64,000 bases of DNA from Eledone cirrhosa. Taxonomy: Eukaryota. The translations under genes were made by a program, and so were the position numbers. Positions 1-14,967 of the stretch are shown here, piece by piece (position 1 is the stretch's first letter; the number at the start of each line of letters is the position of its first letter). The notes below the pieces were generated by a model. That model had not been told where the DNA came from. It did not search any database and saw only the letters and a list, made by a program, of their open reading frames with translations. The DNA is taken from positions 24,986,001 through 25,050,000 of the forward strand of contig OZ024740.1 of NCBI GenBank assembly GCA_964016885.1, in the 5' to 3' direction.

Positions 1-3000
1 GACATGGTGACATGGTCAGCTATTGGAGTTACAGGAAGTTCTAGTGACAATGTGACATGTTCAGATATTGGAGTTACAGGAAGATCTATTGACATTGTGA
101 CATTGTCAGATATTGGAGCTACAGGAAGTTCTAGTGACAATGTGACATGGTCAGCTATTGGAGTTACAGGAAGTTCTAGTGACATTGTGACATGGTCAGA
201 TATTGGAGTTACATAAAGTTGTAGTGACAATGTGACATGGTCAGCTATTGAAGTTACAGGAAGTTGTAGAGACATTGTGTGACATGGTCAGCTATTGTAG
301 TTACAGTAAGTTCTATTGACATTGTGACATGTTCAGATATTGGAGCTACAGGAAGTTCTAGTGACATTGTGACATGGTCAGATATTGGAGTTACAGGAAG
401 TTCTAGTGACATTGTGACATGGTCAGATATTGGAGTTACAGTAAGTTGTTGTGACATTGTGACACGTTCAGATATTGAAGTTACAGGAAGTTCTAGTGAC
501 ATTGTGACATGGTCAGATATTGGAGTTACAGGAAGTTCTAGTGACAATGTGACATGGTCAGATATTGGACTTACAGGAAGTTCTAGTGACAATGTGACAT
601 GGTCAGATATTGGAGTTACAGGAAGTTCTAGTGACATTGTGACATGGTCAGCTATTGGAGTTACAGGAAGTTCTATTGATATTGTGACATGGTCAGCTAT
701 TGGAGTTACAGGAATTTATGGTGACATTGTGACATGGTCAGCTATTGGAGTTATGGGAAGTTTTAGTGACAATGTGACATGGTCAGCTATTGGAGTTACA
801 GGAAGTTCTAGTGACAATGTGACATGGTCAGCTATTGGAATTACAGGAATTTCTAGTGACATTGTGAAATGGTCAGATATTGGAGTCACAGGAAGTTGTA
901 GTGACATTGTGACATTGTGACATTGTCAGATATTGGAGTTACAGGAAGTTGTAGTGACATTGTGACATGTTAAGCTATTGGAGTTACAGGAAGTTCTAGT
1001 GACATTGTGACATGTTCAGATATTGGAGTTACAGGAAGTTCTAGTGACAATGTGACATGGTCAGCTATTGGAGTTACAGGAAGTTCTGGTGACAATGTGA
1101 CATGGTCAGATATTGGAGTTACAGGAAGTTCTAGTGACATTGTGACATGGTCAGCTATTAGAGTTACAGGAAGTTGTTGTGACATTGTGACACGTTCAGA
1201 TATTGAAGTTACAGGAAGTTCTAGTGACATTGTGACATGGTCAGATATTGGAGTTACAGGAAGTTCTAGTGACAATGTGACATGGTCAGATATTGGACTT
1301 ACAGGAAGTTCTAGTGACAATGTGACATGGTCAGATATTGGAGTTACAGGAAGTTCTAGTGACATTGTGACATGGTCAGCTATTGGAGTTACAGGAAGTT
1401 CTATTGATATTGTGACATGGTCAGCTATTGGAGTTACAGGAATTTATGGTGACATTGTGACATGGTCAGCTATTGGAGTTATGGGAAGTTTTAGTGACAA
1501 TGTGACATGGTCAGCTATTGGAGTTACAGGAAGTTCTAGTGACAATGTGACATGGTCAGCTATTGGAGTTACAGGAATTTCTAGTGACATTGTGAAATGG
1601 TCAGATATTGGAGTCACAGGAAGTTGTAGTGACATTGTGACATTGTGACATTGTCAGATATTGGAGTTACAGGAAGTTGTAGTGACATTGTGACATGTTA
1701 AGCTATTGGAGTTACAGGAAGTTCTAGTGACATTGTGACATGTTCAGATATTGGAGTTACAGGAAGTTCTAGTGACAATGTGACATGGTCAGCTATTGGA
1801 GTTACAGGAAGTTCTGGTGACAATGTGACATGGTCAGATATTGGAGTTACAGGAAGTTCTAGTGACATTGTGACATGGTCAGCTATTAGAGTTACAGGAA
1901 GTTGTAGTGACATTGTGACATGGTCAGCTATTGGAGTTACAGTAAATTGTAGTGACATGGTGACATGGTCAGCTATTGGAGTTACAGGAAGTTCTAGTGA
2001 CAATGTGACATTGTCAGCTATTGGAGCTACAGGAAGTTCTAGTGACAATGTGACATGGTCAGCTATTGGAGTTACAGGAAGTTCTAGTGACATTGTGACG
2101 TGGTCAGATATTGGAGTTACATGAAGTTGTAGTGACATCGTGACATGGTCAGACATTGGAGTTACAGGAAGTTTTAGTGACGATGTGACATGGTCAGCTA
2201 TTGGAGTTACAGGAAGTTCTAGTGACAATGTGACATGGTCAGCTATTGGAGTTACAGGAAGTTGTAGAGACATTGTGTGACATGGTCAGCTATTGGAGTT
2301 ACAGGAAGTTGTAGTGACATTGTCACATGGTCAGCTATTGTAGTTACAGTAAGTTCTATTGACATTGTGACATGTTCAGATATTGGAGCTACAGGAAGTT
2401 CTAGTGACATTGTGACATGGTCAGATATTGGAGTTACAGGAAGTTCTAGTGACATTGTGACATGGTCAGATATTGGAGTTACAGGAAGTTGTTGTGACAT
2501 TGTGACACGTTCAGATATTGGAGTTACAGGAAGTTCTAGTGACATTGTGACATGTTCAGATATTGGAGTTACAGGAAGTTGTAGTGACATTGTGACATGG
2601 TCAGCTATTGGTGTTACAGGAAGTTCTAGTGACAATGTGACATGGTCAGATATTGGAGTTACAGGAAGTTCTAGTGACATTGTGACATGTTCAGATATTG
2701 GAGCTACAGGAAGTTCTAGTGACATTGTGACATGGTCAGATATTGGAGTTACAGGAAGTTCTAGTGACATTGTGACATGGTCAGCTATAGGAGTTACAGG
2801 AAGTTCTGGTGACATTGTGACATGTTCAGCTATTGGAGTTACAGGAAGTTCTAGTGACATTGTGACATGTCATATATTGGAGTTACAGGAAGTTCTAGTG
2901 ATAATGTGACATGGTCAGCTATTGGAGTTACAGGAAGCTCTGGTGACAATGTGACATGGTCAGATATTGGAGTTACAGGAAGTTCTAGTGACATTGTGAC

Positions 3001-6000
3001 ATGGTCAGCTATTGGAGTTACAGGAAGTTTTAGTGACAATGTGACATGGTCAGCTATTGGAGTTACAGGAAGTTCTGGTGACAATGCGACATGGTCAGAT
3101 ATTGGAGTTACAGAAAGTTCTAGTGACATTGTGACATGATCATCTATTAGAGTTACAGGAAGTTGTAGTGACATTGTGACATGGTCAGCTATTGGAGTTA
3201 CAGTAAATTGTAGTGACATGGTGACATGGTCAGCTATTGGAGTTACAGGAAGTTCTAGTGACAATGTGACATGTTCAGATATTGGAGTTACAGGAAGATC
3301 TATTGACATTGTGACATTGTCAGATATTGGAGCTACAGGAAGTTCTAGTGACAATGTGACATGGTCAGCTATTGGAGTTACAGGAAGTTCTAGTGACATT
3401 GTGACATGGTCAGATATTGGAGTTACATAAAGTTGTAGTGACAATGTGACATGGTCAGCTATTGAAGTTACAGGAAGTTGTAGAGACATTGTGTGACATG
3501 GTCAGCTATTGTAGTTACAGTAAGTTCTATTGACATTGTGACATGTTCAGATATTGGAGCTACAGGAAGTTCTTGTGACATTGTGACATGGTCAGATATT
3601 GGAGTTACAGGAAGTTCTAGTGACATTGTGACATGGTCAGATATTGGAGTTACAGTAAGTTGTTGTGACATTGTGACACGTTCAGATATTGAAGTTACAG
3701 GAAGTTCTAGTGACATTGTGACATGGTCAGATATTGGAGTTACAGGAAGTTCTAGTGACAATGTGACATGGTCAGATATTGGACTTACAGGAAGTTCTAG
3801 TGACAATGTGACATGGTCAGATATTGGACTTACAGGAAGTTCTAGTGACATTGTGACATGGTCAGCTATTGGAGTTACAGGAAGTTCTATTGACATTGTG
3901 ACATGGTCAGCTATTGGAGTTACAGGAATTTATGGTGACATTGTGACATGGTCAGCTATTGGAGTTATGGGAAGTTTTAGTGACAATGTGACATGGTCAG
4001 CTATTGGAGTTACAGGAAGTTCTAGTGACAATGTGACATGGTCAGCTATTGGAGTTACAGGAATTTCTAGTGACATTGTGAAATGGTCAGATATTGGAGT
4101 CACAGGAAGTTGTAGTGACATTGTGACATTGTGACATTGTCAGATATTGGAGTTACAGGAAGTTGTAGTGACATTGTGACATGTTAAGCTATTGGAGTTA
4201 CAGGAAGTTCTAGTGACATTGTGACATGTTCAGATATTGGAGCTACAGGAAGTTCTAGTGACAATGTGACATGGTCAGCTATTGGAGTTACAGGAAGTTC
4301 TGGTGACAATGTGACATGGTCAGATATTGGAGTTACAGGAAGTTCTAGTGACATTGTGACATGGTCAGCTATTAGAGTTACAGGAAGTTGTAGTGACATT
4401 GTGACATGGTCAGCTATTGGAGTTACAGTAAATTGTAGTGACATGGTGACATGGTCAGCTATTGGAGTTACAGGAAGTTGTAGTGACAATGTGACATGTT
4501 CAGCTATTGGAGTTACAGGAAGTTCTAGTGACAATGTGACATGGTCAGCTATTGGAGGTACAGGAAGTTGTAGTGACATTGTGACATGGTCAGCTATTGG
4601 AGTTACAGGAAGTTCTAGTGACATTGTGACATGTCATATATTGGAGTTACAGGAAGTTTTAGTGACAATGTGACATGGTCAGCTATTGGTGTTACAGGAA
4701 GTTCTAGTGACAATGTGACATGGTCAGATATTGGAGTTACAGGAAGTTCTAGTGACATTGTGATATGGTCAGCTATTGGAGTTACAGGAAGTTCTATTGA
4801 CATTGTGACATGGTCAGCTATAGGAGTTACAGGAAGTTCTGGTGACATTGTGACATGGTCAGCTATTGGAGTTACAGTAAATTGTAGTGACATGGTGACA
4901 TGGTCAGCTATTGGAGTTACAGGAAGTTCTAGTGACAATGTGACATTGTCAGCTATTGGAGCTACAGGAAGTTCTAGTGACATTGTGACATGGTCAGATA
5001 TTGGAGTTACATGAAGTTGTAGTGACATCGTGACATGGTCAGACATTGGAGTTACAGGAAGTTTTAGTGACGATGTGACATGGTCAGCTATTGGAGTTAC
5101 AGGAAGTTCTAGTGACAATGTGACATGGTCAGCTATTGGAGTTACAGGAAGTTGTAGAGACATTGTGTGACATGGTCAGCTATTGGAGTTACAGGAAGTT
5201 GTAGTGACATTGTCACATGGTCAGCTATTGTAGTTACAGTAAGTTCTATTGACATTGTGACATGTTCAGATATTGGAGCTACAGGAAGTTCTAGTGACAT
5301 TGTGACATGGTCAGATATTGGAGTTACAGGAAGTTCTAGTGACATTGTGACATGGTCAGATATTGGAGTTACAGGAAGTTGTTGTGACATTGTGACACGT
5401 TCAGATATTGGAGTTACAGGAAGTTCTAGTGACATTGTGACATGTTCAGATATTGGAGTTACAGGAAGTTGTAGTGACATTGTGAAATGTTCAGATATTG
5501 GAGCTACAGGAAGTTCTAGTGACATTGTGACATGGTCAGATATTGGAGTTACAGGAAGTTCTAGTGACATTGTGACATGGTCAGCTATAGGAGTTACAGG
5601 AAGTTCTGGTGACATTGTGACATGTTCAGCTATTGGAGTTACAGGAAGTTCTAGTGACATTGTGACATGTCATATAATGGAGTTACAGGAAGTTCTAGTG
5701 ATAATGTGACATGGTCAGCTATTGGAGTTACAGGAAGCTCTGGTGACAATGTGACATGGTCAGATATTGGAGTTACAGGAAGTTCTAGTGACATTGTGAC
5801 ATGGTCAGCTATTGGAGTTACAGGAAGTTTTAGTGACAATGTGACATGGTCAGCTATTGGAGTTACAGGAAGTTCTGGTGACAATGCGACATGGTCAGAT
5901 ATTGGATTTACAGAAAGTTCTAGTGACATTGTGACATGGTCATCTATTAGAGTTACAGGAAGTTGTAGTGACATTGTGACATGGTCAGCTATTGGAGTTA

Positions 6001-9000
6001 CAGTAAATTGTAGTGACATGGTGACATGGTCAGCTATTGGAGTTACAGGAAGTTCTAGTGACAATGTGACATGTTCAGATATTGGAGTTACAGGAAGATC
6101 TATTGACATTGTGACATTGTCAGATATTGGAGCTACAGGAAGTTCTCGTGACAATGTGACATGGTCAGCTATTGGAGTTACAGGAAGTTCTAGTGACATT
6201 GTGACATGGTCAGATATTGGAGTTACATAAAGTTGTAGTGACAATGTGACATTGTCAGCTATTGAAGTTACAGGAAGTTGTAGAGACATTGTGTGACATG
6301 GTCAGCTATTGTAGTTACAGTAAGTTCTATTGACATTGTGACATGTTCAGATATTGGAGCTACAGGAAGTTCTAGTGACATTGTGACATGGTCAGATATT
6401 GGAGTTACAGGAAGTTCTAGTGACATTGTGACATGGTCAGATATTGGAGTTACAGTAAGTTGTTGTGACATTGTGACACGTTCAGATATTGAAGTTACAG
6501 GAAGTTCTAGTGACATTGTGACATGGTCAGATATTGGAGTTACAGGAAGTTCTAGTGACAATGTGACATGGTCAGATATTGGACTTACAGGAAGTTCTAG
6601 TGACAATGTGACATGGTCAGATATTGGAGTTACAGGAAGTTCTAGTGGCATTGTGACATGGTCAGCTATTGGAGTTACAGGAAGTTCTATTGACATTGTG
6701 ACATGGTCAGCTATTGGAGTTACAGGAATTTATGGTGACATTGTGACATGGTCAGCTATTGGAGTTATGGGAAGTTTTAGTGACAATGTGACATGGTCAG
6801 CTATTGGAGTTACAGGAAGTTCTAGTGACAATGTGACATGGTCAGCTATTGGAGTTACAGGAATTTCTAGTGACATTGTGAAATGGTCAGATATTGGAGT
6901 CACAGGAAGTTGTAGTGACATTGTGACATTGTGACATTGTCAGATATTGGAGTTACAGGAAGTTGTAGTGACATTGTGACATGTTAAGCTATTGGAGTTA
7001 CAGGAAGTTCTAGTGACATTGTGACATGTTCAGATATTGGAGTTACAGGAAGTTCTAGTGACAATGTGACATGGTCAGCTATTGGAGTTACAGGGAGTTC
7101 TGGTGACAATGTGACATGGTCAGATATTGGAGTTACAGGAAGTTCTAGTGACATTGTGACATGGTCAGCTATTAGAGTTACAGGAAGTTGTAGTGACATT
7201 GTGACATGGTCAGCTATTGGAGTTACAGTAAATTGTAGTGACATGGTGACATGGTCAGCTATTGGAGTTACAGGAAGTTGTAGTGACAATATGACATGTT
7301 CAGCTATTGGAGTTACAGGAAGTTCTAGTGACAATGTGACATGGTCAGCTATTGGAGGTACAGGAAGTTGTAGTGACATTGTGACATGGTCAGCTATTGG
7401 AGTTACAGGAAGTTCTAGTGACATTGTGACATGTCATATATTGGAGTTACAGGAAGTTTTAGTGACAATGTGACATGGTCAGCTATTGGTGTTACAGGAA
7501 GTTCTAGTGACAATGTGACATGGTCAGATATTGGAGTTACAGGAAGTTCTAGTGACATTGTGATATGGTCAGCTATTGGAGTTACAGGAAGTTCTATTGA
7601 CATTGTGACATGGTCAGCTATAGGAGTTACAGGAAGTTCTGGTGACATTGTGACATGGTCAGCTATTGGAGTTACAGGAAGTTGTAGTGACAATGTGACA
7701 TGCTCAGCTATTGGAGTTACAGGAAGTTCTAGTGACAATGTGACATGGTCAGCTATTGGAGGTACAGGAAGTTGTAGTGACATTGTGACATGGTCAGCTA
7801 TTGGAGTTACAGGAAGTTCTAGTGACATTGTGACATGTCATATATTGGAGTTACAGGAAGTTCTAGTGATAATGTGACATGGTCAGCTATTGGAGTTACA
7901 GGAAGTTGTAGTGACATTGTGACATGTTAAGCTATTGGAGTTACAGGAAGTTCTAGTGACATTGTGACATGTTCAGATATTGGAGTTACAGGAAGTTTTA
8001 GTGACAATGTGACATGGTCAGCTATTGGTGTTACAGGAAGTTCTAGTGACAATGTGACATGGTCAGATATTGGAGTTACAGGAAGTTCTAGTGACATTGT
8101 GATATGGTCAGCTATTGGAGTTACAGGAAGTTCTATTGACATTGTGACATGGTCAGCTATAGGAGTTACAGGAAGTTCTGGTGACATTGTGACATGGTCA
8201 GCTATTGGAGTTACAGGAAGTTGTAGTGACAATGTGACATGTTCAGCTATTGGAGTTACAGGAAGTTCTAGTGACAATGTGACATGGTCAGCTATTGGAG
8301 GTACAGGAAGTTGTAGTGACATTGTGACATGGTCAGCTATTGGAGTTACAGGAAGTTCTAGTGACATTGTGACATGTCATATATTGGAGTTACAGGAAGT
8401 TCTAGTGATAATGTGACATGGTCAGCTATTGGAGTTACAGGAAGCTCTGGTGACAATGTGACATGGTCAGATATTGGAGTTACAGGAAGTTCTAGTGACA
8501 TTGTGACATGGTCAGCTATTGGAGTTACAGGAAGTTGTAGTGACATTGTGAAATGGTCAGCTATTGGAGTTACAGGAATTTGTAGTGACATTGTGTGACA
8601 TGGTCAGCTATTGGAGATACAGGAAGTTCTGGTGACAATGTGACATGGTCAGATATTGAAGTTACAGGAAGTTCTAGTGACATTGTGACATGTTCAGATA
8701 TTGGAGTTACAGGAAGTTCTATTGACATTGTGACATGGTCAGATATTGGAGTTACAGGAAGTTCTAGTGACAATGTGACATGTTCAGATATTGGAGTTAC
8801 TGGAAGTTCTAGTGACATTGTGACATGGTCAGCTATTGGACTTACAGGAAGTTCTATTGACATTGTGACATGTTCAGATATTGGAGTTACAGGAAGTTCT
8901 ACTGAACTTTTGACATGGTCAGCTATTGGAGTTACAGGAAATTCTGGTGATATTGTGACATGGTCATATATTGGAGTTACAGGAAGTTCTAGTGACATTG

Positions 9001-12000
9001 TGACATGTTCAGATATTGGAGTTACAGGAAGTTCTATTGACATTGTGACATGGTCAGATATTGGAGTTACAGGAAGTTGTAGTGACATTGTGACATGTTC
9101 AGATATTGGAGTTACATGAAGTTGTAGTGACATTGTGACATGGTCAGATATTGGAGTTACAGGAAGTTGTAATGATATTGTGACATGGTCAGCTATTGGA
9201 GTTACAGTAAGTTCTATTGACATTGTGACATGTTCAGATATTGGAGCTACAGGAAGTTCTAGTGACATTGTGACATGGTCAGATATTGGAGTTACAGGAA
9301 GTTCTAGTGACATTGTGACATGGTCAGATATTGGAGTTACAGTAAGTTGTTGTGACATTGTGACACGTTCAGATATTGAAGTTACAGGAAGTTCTAGTGA
9401 CATTGTGACATGGTCAGATATTGGAGTTACAGGAAGTTCTAGTGACAATGTGACATGGTCAGATATTGGACTTACAGGAAGTTCTAGTGACAATGTGACA
9501 TGGTCAGATATTGGAGTTACAGGAAGTTCTAGTGGCATTGTGACATGGTCAGCTATTGGAGTTACAGGAAGTTCTATTGACATTGTGACATGGTCAGCTA
9601 TTGGAGTTACAGGAATTTATGGTGACATTGTGACATGGTCAGCTATTGGAGTTACAGGAAGTTCTAGTGACAATGTGACATGGTCAGCTATTGGAGTTAC
9701 AGGAATTTCTAGTGACATTGTGAAATGGTCAGATATTGGAGTCACAGGAAGTTGTAGTGACATTGTGACATTGTGACATTGTCAGATATTGGAGTTACAG
9801 GAAGTTGTAGTGACATTGTGACATGTTAAGCTATTGGAGTTACAGGAAGTTCTAGTGACATTGTGACATGTTCAGATATTGGAGTTACAGGAAGTTCTAG
9901 TGACAATGTGACATGGTCAGCTATTGGAGTTACAGGGAGTTCTGGTGACAATGTGACATGGTCAGATATTGGAGTTACAGGAAGTTCTAGTGACATTGTG
10001 ACATGGTCAGCTATTAGAGTTACAGGAAGTTGTAGTGACATTGTGACATGGTCAGCTATTGGAGTTACAGTAAATTGTAGTGACATGGTGACATGGTCAG
10101 CTATTGGAGTTACAGGAAGTTGTAGTGACAATATGACATGTTCAGCTATTGGAGTTACAGGAAGTTCTAGTGACAATGTGACATGGTCAGCTATTGGAGG
10201 TACAGGAAGTTGTAGTGACATTGTGACATGGTCAGCTATTGGAGTTACAGGAAGTTCTAGTGACATTGTGACATGTCATATATTGGAGTTACAGGAAGTT
10301 TTAGTGACAATGTGACATGGTCAGCTATTGGTGTTACAGGAAGTTCTAGTGACAATGTGACATGGTCAGATATTGGAGTTACAGGAAGTTCTAGTGACAT
10401 TGTGATATGGTCAGCTATTGGAGTTACAGGAAGTTCTATTGACATTGTGACATGGTCAGCTATAGGAGTTACAGGAAGTTCTGGTGACATTGTGACATGG
10501 TCAGCTATTGGAGTTACAGGAAGTTGTAGTGACAATGTGACATGCTCAGCTATTGGAGTTACAGGAAGTTCTAGTGACAATGTGACATGGTCAGCTATTG
10601 GAGGTACAGGAAGTTGTAGTGACATTGTGACATGGTCAGCTATTGGAGTTACAGGAAGTTCTAGTGACATTGTGACATGTCATATATTGGAGTTACAGGA
10701 AGTTCTAGTGATAATGTGACATGGTCAGCTATTGGAGTTACAGGAAGTTGTAGTGACATTGTGACATGTTAAGCTATTGGAGTTACAGGAAGTTCTAGTG
10801 ACATTGTGACATGTTCAGATATTGGAGTTACAGGAAGTTTTAGTGACAATGTGACATGGTCAGCTATTGGTGTTACAGGAAGTTCTAGTGACAATGTGAC
10901 ATGGTCAGATATTGGAGTTACAGGAAGTTCTAGTGACATTGTGATATGGTCAGCTATTGGAGTTACAGGAAGTTCTATTGACATTGTGACATGGTCAGCT
11001 ATAGGAGTTACAGGAAGTTCTGGTGACATTGTGACATGGTCAGCTATTGGAGTTACAGGAAGTTGTAGTGACAATGTGACATGTTCAGCTATTGGAGTTA
11101 CAGGAAGTTCTAGTGACAATGTGACATGGTCAGCTATTGGAGGTACAGGAAGTTGTAGTGACATTGTGACATGGTCAGCTATTGGAGTTACAGGAAGTTC
11201 TAGTGACATTGTGACATGTCATATATTGGAGTTACAGGAAGTTCTAGTGATAATGTGACATGGTCAGCTATTGGAGTTACAGGAAGCTCTGGTGACAATG
11301 TGACATGGTCAGATATTGGAGTTACAGGAAGTTCTAGTGACATTGTGACATGGTCAGCTATTGGAGTTACAGGAAGTTGTAGTGACATTGTGAAATGGTC
11401 AGCTATTGGAGTTACAGGAATTTGTAGTGACATTGTGTGACATGGTCAGCTATTGGAGATACAGGAAGTTCTGGTGACAATGTGACATGGTCAGATATTG
11501 AAGTTACAGGAAGTTCTAGTGACATTGTGACATGTTCAGATATTGGAGTTACAGGAAGTTCTATTGACATTGTGACATGGTCAGATATTGGAGTTACAGG
11601 AAGTTCTAGTGACAATGTGACATGTTCAGATATTGGAGTTACTGGAAGTTCTAGTGACATTGTGACATGGTCAGCTATTGGACTTACAGGAAGTTCTATT
11701 GACATTGTGACATGTTCAGATATTGGAGTTACAGGAAGTTCTACTGAACTTTTGACATGGTCAGCTATTGGAGTTACAGGAAATTCTGGTGATATTGTGA
11801 CATGGTCATATATTGGAGTTACAGGAAGTTCTAGTGACATTGTGACATGTTCAGATATTGGAGTTACAGGAAGTTCTATTGACATTGTGACATGGTCAGA
11901 TATTGGAGTTACAGGAAGTTGTAGTGACATTGTGACATGTTCAGATATTGGAGTTACATGAAGTTGTAGTGACATTGTGACATGGTCAGATATTGGAGTT

Positions 12001-12730
12001 ACAGGAAGTTGTAATGATATTGTGACATGGTCAGCTATTGGAGTTACAGGAAGTTCTAGTGACATTGTGACATGGTCAGATATTGGAGTTACAGGAAGTT
12101 CTAATGACATTGTGACATGGTCAGATATTGGAGCTACAGGAAGTTCTAGTGACAATGTGAGATGTTCAGATATTGGAGTTACAGGAAGTTCTAGTGACAT
12201 TGTGACATGGTAAGCTATTTGAGTTACAGGAAGTTGTAGTGACATTGTGATATGGTCAGATATTGGAGTTACAGGAATTGTAGTGACAATGTGACATGGT
12301 CAGCTATTGGGGTTACAGGAAGTTCTAGTGACAATGTGTGACATGGTCAGATCTTGGACATACAGGGAGATTTCTAGTGACAATGCGTGACATGTTCAGC
12401 TGTTGGTGTTACAGGAAGTTGTAGTGACAATGTGTGACATGATCAGCTCTTAGAGTTACAGGAAGTTGTATTGACATTGTGACATGGTCTGCTCAGCTAT
12501 TGGAGTTACAGGAAATTGTAGTGTCATTGTGTGACATGGTCAGTTATTAGAGTTACAGGAGGTTCTAGTGACATTGTGTGACATGGTCAGCTATTGGAAT
12601 AACACGAAGTTGTAGTGCCATTGTGACATGGTCAGCTATTGGAGTTAGAGGAAAATATAGTTACATTTTGTGACATGGTCAACTATTGGATTTACAGGCA
12701 GTTCTAGTGGCAATGTGTGACATGGTCACA
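1..12730. repeat. 45-bp tandem satellite (consensus ~GTGACATTGTGACATGGTCAGCTATTGGAGTTACAGGAAGTTCTA), about 280 copies, running off the left edge
   Basis: The 45-bp periodicity is directly visible. Variant monomers recur in blocks, and the array degenerates over ~12250-12730 with 47-bp TGTGTGACAT variants. Confidence 0.98.
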
Positions 12731-12735
12731 CATTG

Positions 12736-12822
12736 TCTTCTTCTTCTTCTTCTTCTTCTTCTTCTTCTTCTTCTCTTCTTCTTCTTCTTCTTCTTCTTCT
12801 TCTTCTTCTTCTTCTTCTTCTT
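12736..12822. repeat. (CTT)n microsatellite, probably the (GAA)n tail of the adjacent minus-strand LINE fragment
   Basis: Near-pure CTT run directly abutting the LINE remnant. Confidence 0.9.
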
Positions 12823-13090
12823 CGCCCAGTTATACATGATAGGGCAGAGTCCTTAAACACTCCTTCCAGTGGGTTCTATCAGAATCCATCTTCTCCTGCA
12901 GGATCTCCAAACGACACCAACTATGCTCATGAATGTAATCCAACTATCTTGCTCGGGGTCTACCTCTCAGTCTCCTGCCGGTTCACTTTACACATAACAG
13001 ATTTCCAGCAATTCTTTCCTCATATACTCTAACCACATTCCCATTGTATCGGAGTTGTGATCGCTCAATTCGGAGAAGTAGGGGCTCTAC
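12823..13090 (-). mobile_element. Degenerate 3' fragment of an RTE-like non-LTR retrotransposon
   Basis: Minus-strand translation gives PLLLRIERSQLRYNGNVVRVYEERIA...TGRRLRGRPRAR, resembling the RTE C-terminal LRWxGHVxRM...GxRxRGRP motif. It contains stops and is followed by a (GAA)n tail. Confidence 0.65.
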
Positions 13091-13234
13091 GCACGAGGCA
13101 AAAAGAATAAAAAAACATGATTGATCCCCAAAATTTAAGGATTACAAGAGTAAAATCTTTCCCATACAACCATGCTACTTCCTCCATACATTATATAAGA
13201 CATCATTAGCTTATATGGCATTATTAGCTCAGAT

Positions 13235-13433
13235 GGCGGTGAATTGGGCGGTGAATTGGCAGTATCGGTAGAGGGTTGGATGCCATGCTTTCTAGCATAG
13301 TTACGTCCCTTTACAGTCTGAGTTCAAATCCCGCCGAAGTTAACTTTGCCTTTCATCCTTACGGCGTCGATAAAATAAAGTACCAGTAATGTACTGGGTA
13401 ATTGCTCGCCTTGTGCCTACAGTAGAAACAATT
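13235..13433 (+). mobile_element. tRNA-derived SINE (family 1)
   Basis: A-box-like GGCGGTGAATTGGCAG, B-box GAGTTCAAATCC and core TTTGCCTTTCATCCTTACGGCGTCGATAAAATAAAGTACCAG. Further copies occur at 14.8, 40.1 and 50.2-50.7 kb. Confidence 0.85.
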
Positions 13434-13748
13434 ATTAGCTCATATGGATATAATAAAATAGTAAGATGGGAGAAAGCCTGTGGATTACATTTGGTTTTCG
13501 TTTTTCCAGGAAGGCTTAAAATGTATAAATATTACATCGTTTGCATTACCTTATTCAATCAACAGGCTTTGTAAATGGTTGTTAGAGTAAATTCTGTCGT
13601 AAAGGTTTTAATTTTGCTGAGGAGCATTCATACTTAGACATATGGCGAATGTAGTAAATTATTATTATATATCCCTGCAAGTATGAATTTATGCACACAA
13701 AGATAAACGCTTAAATATATATATATATATATCTTCATCTTCTTAACA

Positions 13749-13779
<31 letters not shown>

Positions 13780-13818
13780 ACTATATAGACATATATATAC
13801 ATATATATGTATATATAC

Positions 13819-13953
<135 letters not shown>

Positions 13954-14121
13954 TTAGTTAAGCAAAACAACACCACACATTTCACAAGGAAGACATTATT
14001 AAAAGATTGTCAACATATTTTAGTTTGGGTTCTAACTAATTCACCAATCTCTCCTCTCCTATCTCCATCTCTCTCTTTAAGATTGGTTACTCTTGAACTA
14101 TGTATATATATATATATATAA

Positions 14122-14231
<110 letters not shown>

Positions 14232-14309
14232 GTCTATATAGGTATATATACCTATAAATATATATATATATATAATATAAGATCAAAAGATGGTTAAAAG
14301 CGTTCCAAG

Positions 14310-14380
14310 TATTTTATTATGCGCATTTCAAAAACGAATATCATCATGGGATGATATCTGCGTTCTCATCAGATAAAACA
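14310..14380 (-). ncRNA. Type I hammerhead ribozyme (family A, minus arm)
   Basis: Minus strand reads TGTTTTAT-CTGATGA-[stem II GAACG..GATATCATC CCAT GATGATAT..CGTTT]-GAAA-TGCGCA-TA/ATAAAATA. Stem I pairs, and stem III is palindromic. Confidence 0.75.
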
Positions 14381-14498
14381 GGGAGACATGATATGAAGCT
14401 TAAAAAACACTTGTGAGCAGTGAAATTTTAAATCAACATTTGTTGATTTAAAACTTCACTGCTCACATGTGTTTTTTAAGCTTCATATCATGTCTCCC

Positions 14499-14569
14499 TG
14501 TTTCATCTGATGAGAACGCAGATATCATCCCATGATGATATTCGTTTTTGAAATGCGCATAATAAAATA
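14499..14569 (+). ncRNA. Type I hammerhead ribozyme (family A, plus arm)
   Basis: TGTTTCAT-CTGATGA(14507-13)-stem II-GAAA(14550-53)-TGCGCA-TA/ATAAAATA, with one stem I mismatch. Confidence 0.7.
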
Positions 14570-14639
14570 CTTGGAACGCTTTTAACCATCTTTTGATCTT
14601 ATATTATATATATTTATAGGTATATATACCTATATAGAC

Positions 14640-14753
<114 letters not shown>

Positions 14754-14778
14754 GTGCGTGTGTGTGTGTGTATATATA

Positions 14779-14967
14779 TAATTGTTTCTACTTTAGGCAC
14801 AAGGCCAGCAATTACCCAGTGCATTACTGGTACTTTATTTTATCGACCCCGTAAGGATGAAAGGCAAAGTTAACCTCGGCGGGATTTGAACTCAGATCGT
14901 AAAGGGACGTAACTATGCTGGAAAGCATGGTGTCCGACCCTCTACTGATACTGCCAATCCACCGCCC
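14779..14967 (-). mobile_element. tRNA-derived SINE (family 1)
   Basis: Reverse-complement copy of the 13235-13433 element, with B-box GAGTTCAAATCC and the same core. Confidence 0.85.

Noticed and set aside
1-12245. Many 60-340-aa ORFs on both strands (VTWSAIGVTGSSSDI / MSLELPVTPIADHVT repeats)
   Set aside because: These are a by-product of a 45-bp (15-codon) unit. Frameshifting indels and stops are propagated in the higher-order repeats, with no unique start or end.
1-12730. CRISPR-like regular array
   Set aside because: The monomers are contiguous with no unique spacers, there are no cas genes, and the context is eukaryotic.
13235-13340. tRNA gene
   Set aside because: A and B boxes are present, but there is no cloverleaf and the sequence continues into a multi-copy SINE body.
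13608-13662. CTGAGGA-GC...GC-GAAT-GTAGTA hammerhead-like string
   Set aside because: GAAA is incomplete, and stems I and III do not pair convincingly.
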